Shown: one piece after another, positions 19,281 through 28,820 of the stretch
Layout of the letters: each line of letters opens with the position of its first letter
Position numbering within the stretch: position 1 is the stretch's first letter
Origin: Myxococcales bacterium
GTDB taxonomy: Bacteria > Myxococcota_A > UBA9042 > JABWCM01
Direction: 5' to 3'
Length of the DNA stretch: 64,000 bases
Assembly (NCBI GenBank): GCA_013360285.1
Contig: JABWCM010000005.1
Span: 2,149-66,148 of the forward strand
Notes under the pieces: generated by a model
What the model saw: only the letters and a program-made list of their open reading frames with translations
Databases searched by the model: none
Told to the model about the DNA's origin: nothing
Translations under genes and position numbers: made by a program

Positions 19281-22190
19281 TCAGAATCCAGTGCCGCTGA
19301 CAAAATAACATTGCAATATCCCAACTTCGCCTAGGCCGTGGGCGATTCCGAGCCGAAAATGGGTTGCGTGGCCGGTCAACAACGTTGCCGCGGTGCGCAG
19401 TTCTGCTCCAAGACTCATGTGCCAGGGCGCGCTACGGAGCGATTCACCGGTTGCCGTTCCGACGTCAAAAAAGAGCGCAGCGTGTAGCCTTTCTATGAAA
19501 AACGGCAAACTAGTGAATCCATCGTGGATGTACCAGACAGGAAAACGATACTCGATATTAAATAAGTGGATCTGGTCACCGCGAAACGCGTCTGGAACAA
19601 ATCCTCGAAGCAAACCGGCACCGAGCCCACGTTCTTCCAAGATATCTTCGACGAGGTCCCTCTCCGGGATGCCGCCAAGGCGAAACCCTTCTTTTCTTGC
19701 CGGGTCGCCGCCGGAAATTCCCCCGTCGTATCGCAGGGCAAAGACATGGGCTCGAGCGTACGGCATGGCAAAATATTCGTTCCACTGCCATCTGGCGGTA
19801 TACGTTAAACTGTCGGAATCCAATAACGATGTTCTGACAACCAACGATGTGCCGAGTCGGCGACCGGTTTCCGGGCTGATTGAATAATAAAAACTCTCCC
19901 TGTTGTCGTATCTCCAACTAAACGAGAAACTGATATTCGTTGCCCCTGTGGGGACATAGGGGATTCCGGTCGCCGGATCAGGGCGCAAAGACGGGGTCTC
20001 TACCAGGAACCCTTTGGAGATATCGACGCGGAAATTGGTTGTAAATGAGCCGGAATTGTTGGGAAACGGCAACGACACGTCAACAGAGCCGAGTGCGACG
20101 TCTTCATCCACCACAACAGTGGTGAAGGCATCAAATGCAATTCTTGGTCGACGAAACCACGCCGCACTGAGTCCTACCGACGGAATATAGTGCTGATTTC
20201 TGTAAGATAAGGCTATCGACGGAAACGGATTTTCGACGTTCCAGTGAGCACCGATAGACCACGTATGCAATTGTACGGCATCGTTTCCGGTCAATTGGAG
20301 TTGTAGAGTCGCATTATCGGGCGATACAAACCTAAATTCCGGCAACCATGTTGCAGGGTAGAGCGTAAACATAGGATTGTATTCGGATTCAGGATAATGA
20401 ATTTGGTTTGGCGAATACCGCCCCCGGGGGGAGAAGTCTTCAAGTGCGACGGTTTTTTGCGCGGTGTCGGCATCCGGAGACGGCGAAAAATCAAGAGCAC
20501 TTTCTGCAAGGTCCCAGCCTTGTGTGCTGTACCGGCTAAATAGGACCGTGGTTCCGTCGGTGGTTGGGTCGACTGCGCCGGTCAGCGTTCGTGTAATTTG
20601 GTGTTTTTCTTTTGTTTTGATGTCCAGCGCAAACAATTCGGGACCGTCTTCTCCAGAAGCTGCGTAGACAACAATCCGCCCATCCGGCGAAAAACTGGGG
20701 GTCATGTCGGCCGCAGCATCCGCCGTCAAACGTGTTACCTGACCGGTGCCCAGTTCTTTTGTATACAAATCCCACACGTTGTTTTTGTGCATCGCAAACA
20801 CAATCCGGCGCCCATCGGGGCTGAATCGCGGATGGATGACCTGTTGCAGCCCAACCGGTGCGACGAGGTCGGTTTCCTGACCCGTGGACAAATCCCGCAG
20901 CACCAGGCGGGAACGTCCATATTGGGATGTGGCAAATACGATGGACCGGCCGTCCGGAGACGGCGTTGGATCGAGAACCCGTCGCCCCCAAGTCAGCCGG
21001 GTGGTTTGTTGTGTTGCCAGGTCATAACGGAAGAGGTCGTCGAAGTGATATACCGTGTCAAATCGTTCACTTCTGGTGAAATAAACCGACATCCCGTCGG
21101 CACTGAAAACGGGCCTGCCACATCCTCCGCGACAGGTGATTACGTCTTGTTCGACGCCGGTTTTTCGATCTCTTATACGCAACGTGCTGATCTGGTCGCC
21201 GGTCGAAGACCGATACACCAGCAGGCGACCGTCTGGGGACAACGACGGGTTCCGTTGAAACTCGCCTTCGGTGGTCAGCGGTGTACCATTTTTTAATCCG
21301 AGTTGTTCTTGGTTAGTCTTCCATCGACCGTACCGAATCTTCAGATCACGGTGCCAGGTCATTTGCATATCGTCCCACGTCGATCCAAACACCTCTTTTG
21401 CGATCGCGTTGTATCCTATGGGCACCAAACGGCGGCTGTATTTTTGCAAAAATAACCGCAATCGGTCTTCTCCGTAGTTTTCCGCCAGAAATGAGATGAA
21501 TGAACCGCCAAAAGCATACCAACCGGTTCTGCGGGGTTGTTCGTGGGGGCTGCCTCCCAACTGGGCAAAACTGGGCAACGTGTCGCCCAAAGCTGCGGTG
21601 CGTAAATACATTTCGAAAAAAGACCGGTGGTTTCGCCCACCGCCGGTTTTTTGGGTCTCAACCCAGGTCGCGAGGCCCTCGATGAACCAGTTGGGAAGAT
21701 TCTGATGGGGGCGCACCGAGAGCCCGATACTGGTCAATAGGCCAGGAATCCCGTCCACCATGTTTAAATGCAGGATGTGGGTGTATTCGTGATACAGCAG
21801 CATTCGTAGATAGTCGTCGGCATCTCCTAGATCACTGTCGGGACCCGGATGAAACGCCAACAACGTGATCAAATTATATCGGTCAACGGATGCATATCCG
21901 TTGGCGTTGTCGCCCGGGTCCACCAATACAATGTTGGTATGAATCGAATCGGCCGTGCCGAAAAACGGCGCAAGGGCATCGTGGGCTTCCTCGGCTATAT
22001 TGGCCGCTTTTCTTCCAATTTCTTCGGCTGAGGCGGGATAGTGTACCGAAAAGTGTTTTGTACTGATCGTACGCCACGAGATCTTTGGATCTGCCGCCAA
22101 CACCTGGGTGATAAACGCTGACTGCCCCAACAAAATCAGCGGGAAATACATCAAGGCAAAAAGGAATTTCGTTTTGGCGGTAACGGTCAC
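19281..22190 (-). CDS. Secreted zinc metalloprotease (HEXXH) fused to TolB-like beta-propeller and C-terminal beta-barrel
   Basis: HEYTHILH zinc motif. Multiple SPDG/FSPDGR WD40-like repeats (SLSPDGRLLVYRS, FSADGMSVYF, FSPDGRRIVFA, FSPDGRIVVYA). The C-terminus has alternating aromatic and beta-strand character and ends ...YFVSGTGF. GTG start with a signal-like N-terminus. Confidence 0.6.
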   Translation of the reverse strand: MTVTAKTKFLFALMYFPLILLGQSAFITQVLAADPKISWRTISTKHFSVHYPASAEEIGRKAANIAEEAHDALAPFFGTADSIHTNIVLVDPGDNANGYASVDRYNLITLLAFHPGPDSDLGDADDYLRMLLYHEYTHILHLNMVDGIPGLLTSIGLSVRPHQNLPNWFIEGLATWVETQKTGGGRNHRSFFEMYLRTAALGDTLPSFAQLGGSPHEQPRRTGWYAFGGSFISFLAENYGEDRLRLFLQKYSRRLVPIGYNAIAKEVFGSTWDDMQMTWHRDLKIRYGRWKTNQEQLGLKNGTPLTTEGEFQRNPSLSPDGRLLVYRSSTGDQISTLRIRDRKTGVEQDVITCRGGCGRPVFSADGMSVYFTRSERFDTVYHFDDLFRYDLATQQTTRLTWGRRVLDPTPSPDGRSIVFATSQYGRSRLVLRDLSTGQETDLVAPVGLQQVIHPRFSPDGRRIVFAMHKNNVWDLYTKELGTGQVTRLTADAAADMTPSFSPDGRIVVYAASGEDGPELFALDIKTKEKHQITRTLTGAVDPTTDGTTVLFSRYSTQGWDLAESALDFSPSPDADTAQKTVALEDFSPRGRYSPNQIHYPESEYNPMFTLYPATWLPEFRFVSPDNATLQLQLTGNDAVQLHTWSIGAHWNVENPFPSIALSYRNQHYIPSVGLSAAWFRRPRIAFDAFTTVVVDEDVALGSVDVSLPFPNNSGSFTTNFRVDISKGFLVETPSLRPDPATGIPYVPTGATNISFSFSWRYDNRESFYYSISPETGRRLGTSLVVRTSLLDSDSLTYTARWQWNEYFAMPYARAHVFALRYDGGISGGDPARKEGFRLGGIPERDLVEDILEERGLGAGLLRGFVPDAFRGDQIHLFNIEYRFPVWYIHDGFTSLPFFIERLHAALFFDVGTATGESLRSAPWHMSLGAELRTAATLLTGHATHFRLGIAHGLGEVGILQCYFVSGTGF

Positions 22191-22512
22191 AGTTACAAAA
22201 CATACCGAACCGTGTCTCCATTCGATAGTCCGAAGTTGTTCAAATCCGTTTTTTGAATCATGGCACCGGCTTTACACAAGAGTTTGTCAACGCGTTTAAG
22301 CCCATCAGAAAAACCGGCGGGAGTCCGGCGCGGAGATTTTTCCGCGCGAAGCGGCCAAGATGTGGGATTCATCTAACAGCGCCATACACCGTTTCCGTTT
22401 TGTAACCATTTCCCGCTGATTTGCTCTTGCGCGTCTCAAAAAACGTATGGTAACGCTAACCATACGCAAGCTTTAGTACGCTGCGTTTCAGCAACACAAA
22501 CGGAGGTAGAGG

Positions 22513-23310
22513 ATGAGTTTGGATAAAATGATGACCAATCGGCGGCAGTGGTCCGACCATTTGGTTGCTGCCGGGAAGTCCCATGCGCCGGCGTTGGCGG
22601 AGAAACTGGCGGCCGAGTCGTTGGCTTGCGGGATCAACCCTCCCGACGGTCTTGACGCGGTGATTCTTTGGCTGGCCGGCCTGCTCCAGTACCGAACGGG
22701 CGCGATGGTTGCCGCCGAAACTGCCTTGAATCAAGAGGCAGTCGACGATGTGCCCTATCGTGAAGCCCGCGATGGTGCGGCAGTGGAGTTGTACACACTT
22801 CTTTCCGGGGTTCGGACGGCGGCGTCGCTCCAATCGAATGCGCTTGCCGAGAAATGGATGGTCAAAATGCCGGTCCCCGAAACGGCGTCGCTTCTTTATA
22901 CCTACGGCAAAAACGTGTCTGGTGCGTTGTCATCCGACGCCCAAACCTACAAACTGATAGGCGGCCTCACGTTCATTCCTCAAGAAGCCGCCCAGGCCCT
23001 GAAATCCCCTCTCGACACGTTGGGCCAAGCCTTGGACGACCTTGCCCGCGAAGGACACGAATGGAACGCGGCACTCAACCTCCGCGACCTCACCATCGCC
23101 GACTGGGCACGCAGCTATTCCGGGCTCGGACACATTTTCGAAGGGCTCTTTTTATTGGTAAACGAACCCCTGCTGGCCGACCGTGCCCGACCTACGATCC
23201 GCAAACGGCGAGGCGAAGAAATAGCGCCACCGTTACCCACCACTCAAGCCGACGCCGCTACCGTCACCCCGACCGAACCCACAACCGTCACCCCGTCCGA
23301 ACCTGCGTAA
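22513..23310 (+). CDS. Hypothetical protein
   Basis: GGAGG 6 nt upstream of the ATG, good coding statistics and a Pro/Thr-rich C-terminal tail. No family recognised. Confidence 0.45.
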   Translation: MSLDKMMTNRRQWSDHLVAAGKSHAPALAEKLAAESLACGINPPDGLDAVILWLAGLLQYRTGAMVAAETALNQEAVDDVPYREARDGAAVELYTLLSGVRTAASLQSNALAEKWMVKMPVPETASLLYTYGKNVSGALSSDAQTYKLIGGLTFIPQEAAQALKSPLDTLGQALDDLAREGHEWNAALNLRDLTIADWARSYSGLGHIFEGLFLLVNEPLLADRARPTIRKRRGEEIAPPLPTTQADAATVTPTEPTTVTPSEPA

Positions 23311-23395
23311 TTCTCCAATTGCCCGACCGGGAGAGCCGTTTCGGCCGCACGAGGTCACCTCGCGCCGGCGGAAAGGCGTCTTGTGACCCTCCCTT

Positions 23396-23700
23396 TCGTT
23401 TTTCCGAAATGGGAAAGGCGTTGTCGACTATCAAAAGTCGTCTTTCCCAAATGGGAAAGGTGTTTTTTAAACCCGGATCGTGTTGTGTCACCCGGGAAAG
23501 CCTTTTCCAAAAGCCGGAATCGTCTTTTGCCACAAAAAAAGCCGTTGCCGAAAGTCCGGATCGCCTTTCCCAAATGGGAAAGATGTTCGTGAATGCCGGA
23601 GATTGTCTTTCCCACTTGGGAAAGGCGTTTCCGAACGCCAAAAGTCATCTTTCCCAAACAGGAAAGGTGTTCGCGAATGTCAAAGTCGTCTTTCACAGCC
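23396..23700. repeat. Tandem array of ~8 degenerate ~42-bp units, each centred on the palindrome CTTTCCCAAATGGGAAAG
   Basis: Units begin at about 23396, 23441, 23489, 23523, 23565, 23607, 23649 and 23691. The consensus is CTTTCCCAAATGGGAAAGGYGTTYNNGAATGYCNNAGNNTCGT. The array is non-coding and lies between convergent genes. The small FPKWER-repeat ORFs here are translation artefacts of the DNA repeat. Confidence 0.7.
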
Positions 23701-23835
23701 TCAAAGTTTCCGGAAAAAACACGCCGGAGTTTCCGGAACCCACATCCCGCACCAACAGCATGGTACCAAACCCTGACGCCCGGGGTTGTGCCTGCGCGAT
23801 TTCCGACGGGAGTGGTTTTGTTTCCCGTCCCTGCT

Positions 23836-24174
23836 TTATTGCCGCGCTACGCTACTTTCTGCATGAATTCCGCGATCATAGAACACGACCCCGAAGCGGT
23901 CGATGTGTTTCCGCAACTCCTCGTGATCTAGGTCAGCATAAATAGATAAGTCCACGGTATGGGGAATTGGGGAGTCGTCTAGCCGCGTGGCTATTTTGCT
24001 CAGGACGGCGGCGGTCAATTGGGGGCCGATTAAGGTCAGATCGATATCGGAGCCGGGTTTGTGTGTTCCTTTCGCCCGCGAGCCGTAAAGAATCGCTATT
24101 TCCACTTCGGGGAAATCGGCAAGAATCTGCCGGATGGTGCCCAAAATTCTGGGAGATAATCCGAAGGTGTCCAC
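23836..24174 (-). CDS. Minimal nucleotidyltransferase (MNT) antitoxin-type protein
   Basis: GSRAKGTHKPGSDIDL motif (GS...DxD) of the Pol-beta nucleotidyltransferase superfamily. Length 112 aa. Confidence 0.75.
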   Translation of the reverse strand: MDTFGLSPRILGTIRQILADFPEVEIAILYGSRAKGTHKPGSDIDLTLIGPQLTAAVLSKIATRLDDSPIPHTVDLSIYADLDHEELRKHIDRFGVVFYDRGIHAESSVARQ

Positions 24175-24176
24175 GT

Positions 24177-24581
24177 TTACGGCTCTCCACCGAGCCGCGT
24201 TTGCAAAGCCAGAAAAGCCGGATAATAACGGTCGCGGACGTCGGCAAGAATCGATGACGCCACAGCTTGGTTGTATGTGTGGCTGGAAAGGTTACGGGTC
24301 TCGATCATGTCCATCCAGGCTTCACCATCACCAACCAGCCCCCGTTTGAACGCTTCGCGCGCCGTGCTCCGAGACCCGACAATCCCTTGGATTCCTTCCA
24401 TTTCGAGATAATCCTTCAGCACATTCCAAGCGAGTTCGTGGGTGAACTCAAACCCCTGGATCAATCCTTGCTCTTCCAATTTGGAGAGCGGACGCTGTCT
24501 TAACAGTTCAATAGCCTCCGTCAGGCATTGCAGCGCCCGCTGAAAATTACTGAACCGCTGTTTCCATCGAATGTCGGTCAT
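24177..24581 (-). CDS. HEPN domain protein (HI0074-family nucleotidyltransferase substrate-binding protein)
   Basis: 134 aa, HI0074-like pattern (RWKQRFSNFQRAL...EFTHELAWNVLKDYLE). It sits 2 nt upstream of the MNT gene. Confidence 0.7.
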   Translation of the reverse strand: MTDIRWKQRFSNFQRALQCLTEAIELLRQRPLSKLEEQGLIQGFEFTHELAWNVLKDYLEMEGIQGIVGSRSTAREAFKRGLVGDGEAWMDMIETRNLSSHTYNQAVASSILADVRDRYYPAFLALQTRLGGEP

Positions 24582-24584
24582 CGT

Positions 24585-26354
24585 CTAAGGCTCCAATTCG
24601 AAGACTGCAAAACCCTCCAACATTTCGTCCAGTTCGGAATCTTCGTTTGCCGACGGCGAACGGGATGGCGCGGATGGTGGTACCACCGGCGGGGGTGGAG
24701 TCGTGGGTTTGGGTGAGGTGGTTCCGCTGGGCGGGGAGGGAAACGTAAGATCCAACGCCGGCTTTGTCGCAGCCTGTTCAGCAGCTTTCGCGGCAGCGGC
24801 TTGTTGTTTGTCCTTTTTGATTCGAGCTGCCGGAACCAGGTATCCCTCTACCGCTTCTTTTTCGGCCTCCGCCTTTAATTTAACAATGCTTTCCGGTAAC
24901 ATTGTTGTTTGCATTCGTTCAATACGTTTTTCGGCTTCATCTGTCAGAGGCGAACGTAGTTTTTTTAGAATGGGTCTTGCTTGGATAAGGCTTTTGTAGG
25001 CAAGGTCATACTGGTAACGTTCTTCGGCAACATGTGCCAGTTGCATGAGACTTGCTGCTAATCCTCGGTCGTCTTTTAGATACGCTTCGAGTTCGACGGA
25101 ACGTAAATAACAGTCTATTGCCGTGTCATACTCGGCACGAAAAAAATGGACGTTTCCCAATTGGTGTAACGTCGCGGCGACCCCCGGTAGGTCGTTGGCT
25201 GCTTCTTTGATCATCAACGAGTGGTTGTACAAATCCCGTGCTTCAACCCATTGCTGTTTTCTTTCCATCAAGCGGGCTCGATGATGGAGTACGCGGGCCA
25301 TTCTTTGGTTGTCACCTGCTGTTTTTGCCAATTTTTCCGCCTCTTCCAACATGTTTTCCGCTTCTTGAAGTTTGTTACACCTCTCGAGAAGCATGGCGAA
25401 ATGACGGCTCGCGTCGCAGATACGAATCGGGTCTCCGACCACACGTTCTAATTGTAAGGCGATTTCCAAGAGTTTTTCTGCTGCATCGTAGTCGCCATCT
25501 TGGAATCGGAGTGAACCTAGTTTCCCGTTGATCGAAGCGAGTCCCCTTTTTGATGAAGTGGTTTTCCATTGTTGTAACGATTCGTTGTACCAATCCTCGG
25601 CGGCCCGCCGGTCACCTCGATGTTCCGCTACAGCGCCCAATATTTGCAGGGCTTCGGCAACTTCTTCGGTGTGACCTTCACTTTTGAGTTCCTGAATCGC
25701 CGAAAGTACTTTTTCCGCTGATTCGAGATCACCCACCAAAAAAGCGTCTCGGCAAGCCCGAAAGATCACACCACCTCGTTCTGGGCTTTTCGGTCGCTTC
25801 AACGCATCATGAAGGCGTGCCCGGATCGGACCCCATTGCTCGGTGCCCGGAATCGGAGCGTCATTGGCAGAGCCGGCTTCCTCGGAGGGTTGGGTCGTAG
25901 AGGAATTGGAGGTCCAGGAGACACTTTTGTCCCGACGCGAAAAAAGGTCGGGTGCTGCTTCTGCGAGACGGCGACTTTCTGCGCGGGTAAACAAAAAGAC
26001 GGCCCGGAGATTATGGCGGCGGTATTCTCCACGATTTACCGACAAATGTTGCGCTGCACCTTCCGAAAGGACTTTTACCAGACAAAAAACCCTGCGAGAC
26101 CGTTGGGCATCACGCAAAACATCCAGTGGGTCATCGGAATCGTTCAGCGTCAATACTTCCCAACGGACATGTCGAGAGAACCGAACAATCGCCGCTTCGG
26201 CTTCCTCACGGGCGTTTTCATCGTCACATCGTACCAAAACGGTTGCGTCACGATTCTCCGTTACGGCATCGGCTAGTGTTTGCGCGATATCCAACAGTAT
26301 CTGTTTTTTGGCAGAGGTGGACATAAGATGTTCCCGTGTGTTATTCGCCCACAA
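24585..26354 (-). CDS. TPR-repeat protein with an unassigned ~150-aa N-terminal domain and Pro-rich acidic C-terminus
   Basis: At least 8 TPR units in the central ~350 aa. The C-terminus is TTPPPPVVPPSAPS...ELDEMLEGFAVFELEP. Its stop is 3 nt before the HEPN start. Confidence 0.5.
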   Translation of the reverse strand: MWANNTREHLMSTSAKKQILLDIAQTLADAVTENRDATVLVRCDDENAREEAEAAIVRFSRHVRWEVLTLNDSDDPLDVLRDAQRSRRVFCLVKVLSEGAAQHLSVNRGEYRRHNLRAVFLFTRAESRRLAEAAPDLFSRRDKSVSWTSNSSTTQPSEEAGSANDAPIPGTEQWGPIRARLHDALKRPKSPERGGVIFRACRDAFLVGDLESAEKVLSAIQELKSEGHTEEVAEALQILGAVAEHRGDRRAAEDWYNESLQQWKTTSSKRGLASINGKLGSLRFQDGDYDAAEKLLEIALQLERVVGDPIRICDASRHFAMLLERCNKLQEAENMLEEAEKLAKTAGDNQRMARVLHHRARLMERKQQWVEARDLYNHSLMIKEAANDLPGVAATLHQLGNVHFFRAEYDTAIDCYLRSVELEAYLKDDRGLAASLMQLAHVAEERYQYDLAYKSLIQARPILKKLRSPLTDEAEKRIERMQTTMLPESIVKLKAEAEKEAVEGYLVPAARIKKDKQQAAAAKAAEQAATKPALDLTFPSPPSGTTSPKPTTPPPPVVPPSAPSRSPSANEDSELDEMLEGFAVFELEP

Positions 26355-26586
26355 GTCATAGGTTCCAGGTAAATGGTCCGTATCGCGAACCCCTGGGCGG
26401 TGCCGTAACGCCGCGAGCGCTGTGGGTTTACGTATCCCGCTTCAACCACGTCGATTGTGCCGGTGGCGTTTGCGACACCTAATGGTGCTCACTGTAACAA
26501 TCATCAGGAAAAAACGGAACCCATTTGAACGAGGTAAGTGAACGGAGCGTGCAGGAGGGAGGGCGAACGAAGAGGGTAACCGGGTG

Positions 26587-27189
26587 TTATTGCCCGCCGC
26601 CGGCCGGGGGTGCGCCGGTGGGAACCGCTCCGCCCGCTGCGCCGGCGGCCGCGGTTAACGCTGCCATCGATTGTTTTAAGCCGTCGTAGGCTGCTTTACA
26701 GCCGCTTTCCGCGCTGACAAAATAACCTTCCGGAACATTCGGTGGTACATTTTTCTCCATTCCGTCAATTCCCTGAAGCCACGCGCCGCAAGCTTGGCCT
26801 ACGCCCGCAGTATCTTTGTTTTTCTCGCAAAATTCACGGACACCTGACATATACGCTTTACATTCGGGGCCCCACGCTGCACCGGCGTTCGCTGCGGCGC
26901 CTTCGGTGGGTTTGGCTTCTTCGGTCGGTTTGGCTTCTTCGGTTGGTTTGGCTTCCTCGGTCGGTTTGGCCTCTTCCGTTGGTTTGGCCTCTTCCGTTGG
27001 TTTGGCTTCCTCGGTTGGTTTGGCTTCCTCGGTTGGTTTGGCCTCTTCGGTTGGTTTGGCCTCTTCGGTTGTAGCCGCGCCGCCTTTGTTTGAGGCGGGA
27101 GCAGCGGTCTGCTCTTTCTTACATCCCGCGCTCAACGCCATGGCGCCCGCAATCATTGCCACGGTCACGCATCGCATCCACAGTTTCAT
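26587..27189 (-). CDS. Lipoprotein with 9 tandem TEEAKP repeats
   Basis: Lipobox LSAGC. (TEEAKP)x9 is encoded by an 18-bp DNA tandem repeat. The C-terminal domain has 4 Cys. Confidence 0.55.
   Translation of the reverse strand: MKLWMRCVTVAMIAGAMALSAGCKKEQTAAPASNKGGAATTEEAKPTEEAKPTEEAKPTEEAKPTEEAKPTEEAKPTEEAKPTEEAKPTEEAKPTEGAAANAGAAWGPECKAYMSGVREFCEKNKDTAGVGQACGAWLQGIDGMEKNVPPNVPEGYFVSAESGCKAAYDGLKQSMAALTAAAGAAGGAVPTGAPPAGGGQ
26897..27072. repeat. 18-bp tandem repeat (x9-10) inside the lipoprotein gene
   Basis: Repeats of TTCGGTTGGTTTGGCCTC (minus-strand coding for EEAKPT) with synonymous variation. Confidence 0.8.
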
Positions 27190-27371
27190 GCTGGTCTCCT
27201 GGTTTATTGGTAGGTTTTGTGGGCAGCGTTGTCTGCTTTGCGCCACAATGTCAGCCGAACTTGCTCCGCAATTCTACGGTTGTTCAACAAACGGACAATG
27301 GATGCCACATGTCTTCAATTTGCGCAATATTTCGACACCCGTTCTTTTATTCCCAGTGCTGATGCTCGCTT

Positions 27372-28802
27372 TTATGGTGTTTCGAATAGGCGCCGACATA
27401 CGGTCAAGAAGTTTTGCACACCACGATTGTAACCCCGATGGGTTTTGTCACTTACGCGTCGTTTACCCTGCACCCAAACATCTGTAACAGCCCCCGCCGC
27501 TCCGTGCAGAACCAATGACGGTATCAGCGTTGCCCTCGAACATCCGACCAACGATGGGTGATGTAGGTCGACCACCACGAAGTCTGCCGGCAACCCAGGA
27601 CGGAGCAGGGAAGGGTTTTCCACAACGTTTGGGTGCAGGGACCGGCTTCCAGCCACAGTACCGCTGCGCATCAGATGCTCAGGCATGGTGAGCGAGGTGC
27701 CGTTGTCGTGTGCGGATGGGCCGCCAAGGCATATTCTTTGCCCGGTTCGTAACCGTTCACCGGTCTCCAACATTCGCATTTCGCAAAAAGGATCGATGAT
27801 GGCTTGGCTGTCGCTACCGAGCGCCATTGGAATTCTTTTCTGAGCCATGAGTCCGGCCGGCAAAAGCCCGTCTCCCAGGTCGGCTTCGGTCGTGGGGCAT
27901 ACACATACGGTGGTTTGGGTATCGGCAATCCGATCGATTTCGTACTGATTCACATGGGTTGCGTGTACAAGTGTCGTAATTTTCGACAAAACACCCAAAT
28001 TGGCGAGGTATTCGACCGGTCGTAAGCCCGTGTGTGTCAGAGATGCCTCTACTTCCGCGGGTTGTTCTGCTGCATGAATGTGAAACGATATATGGTTTTT
28101 TTCTGCCCATGCGTGAAACCGGACAAGTTCCGATGCGCCGACGGCGCGTATGCTGTGGGGTGCGACTCCCATTCGGCTACACGGGTCGTCTGTGCGTCTT
28201 AAGTAATTTTGTAGACACTCCAAGTCATTGAATATCTGCTCTGGGTCCGGTTCAACAAACCGTCGTTGTCCTCCTTCTGCGGGCGTGTTGGCAAACCCCG
28301 AACGGCAGGTTGCGGTACGTAACAACACGATCCGAATTCCCGCGTCGAGGGCGGCTTGGATGACAATTTTGCCGAGATAGTTGGATTCATCATAGGGGCT
28401 ACCGTCCGGTTGGCGGTGAATATAGTGAAATTCGCCAACCGTTGTGTATCCCGCCAACAACATTTCGACAAAGGCCAGGTAAGTTACTTGATAAAGTTCT
28501 TCGGGGGTCAGTTGGGACACGGCGGTCATCATCATTTGCCGCCAACTCCAGAAATCCTCCCTGAGCGCTGCCTTTTCGTGTGTTCGACCGCGGATGAGGC
28601 GTTGGAATGCGTGGCTATGGGAATTGACGAAGCCCGGAACAATTGCTTTGTTTCGAAATCGTAGGTGGGTTGTAGATACATCGTCCAAAATTTGGCTGGG
28701 ATCAACGAGTGTCCCGGATTCATCAAACGTCAGTTTGCCTCCGTCGAGGACTCTTATGCCGTCGTACAACAAATCGGGCTCAACGGTAACATAACGTGTC
28801 AT
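27372..28802 (-). CDS. Amidohydrolase superfamily deaminase (formimidoylglutamate deiminase/HutF-like)
   Basis: Metal-binding HxH at FVNSHSHAFQRLIRG, then the HIHAAEQ and ..LGSDS.. motifs typical of the HutF/guanine-deaminase subgroup. Confidence 0.6.
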   Translation of the reverse strand: MTRYVTVEPDLLYDGIRVLDGGKLTFDESGTLVDPSQILDDVSTTHLRFRNKAIVPGFVNSHSHAFQRLIRGRTHEKAALREDFWSWRQMMMTAVSQLTPEELYQVTYLAFVEMLLAGYTTVGEFHYIHRQPDGSPYDESNYLGKIVIQAALDAGIRIVLLRTATCRSGFANTPAEGGQRRFVEPDPEQIFNDLECLQNYLRRTDDPCSRMGVAPHSIRAVGASELVRFHAWAEKNHISFHIHAAEQPAEVEASLTHTGLRPVEYLANLGVLSKITTLVHATHVNQYEIDRIADTQTTVCVCPTTEADLGDGLLPAGLMAQKRIPMALGSDSQAIIDPFCEMRMLETGERLRTGQRICLGGPSAHDNGTSLTMPEHLMRSGTVAGSRSLHPNVVENPSLLRPGLPADFVVVDLHHPSLVGCSRATLIPSLVLHGAAGAVTDVWVQGKRRVSDKTHRGYNRGVQNFLTVCRRLFETP

Positions 28803-28820
28803 TTTGTCCCATTCCCGCCT

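Noticed and set aside
22443-22466. Inverted repeat CGTATGGT-AACGCTA-ACCATACG upstream of gene 22513
   Set aside because: It is a plausible operator or hairpin, but a single short palindrome with no second copy or regulator gene nearby. It is too weak to call.
23396-23700. Possible CRISPR array
   Set aside because: The units are degenerate copies of one another with no unique spacers. The period is ~42 bp with an internal palindrome, and there are no cas genes in the window.
23355-23931. Cluster of overlapping small ORFs on both strands encoding FPKWER / SQMGK / SHLGK peptide repeats
   Set aside because: The amino-acid repeats are simply translations of the 42-bp palindromic DNA array in three frames on both strands. 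There is no consistent frame or RBS, so this is a non-coding repeat.
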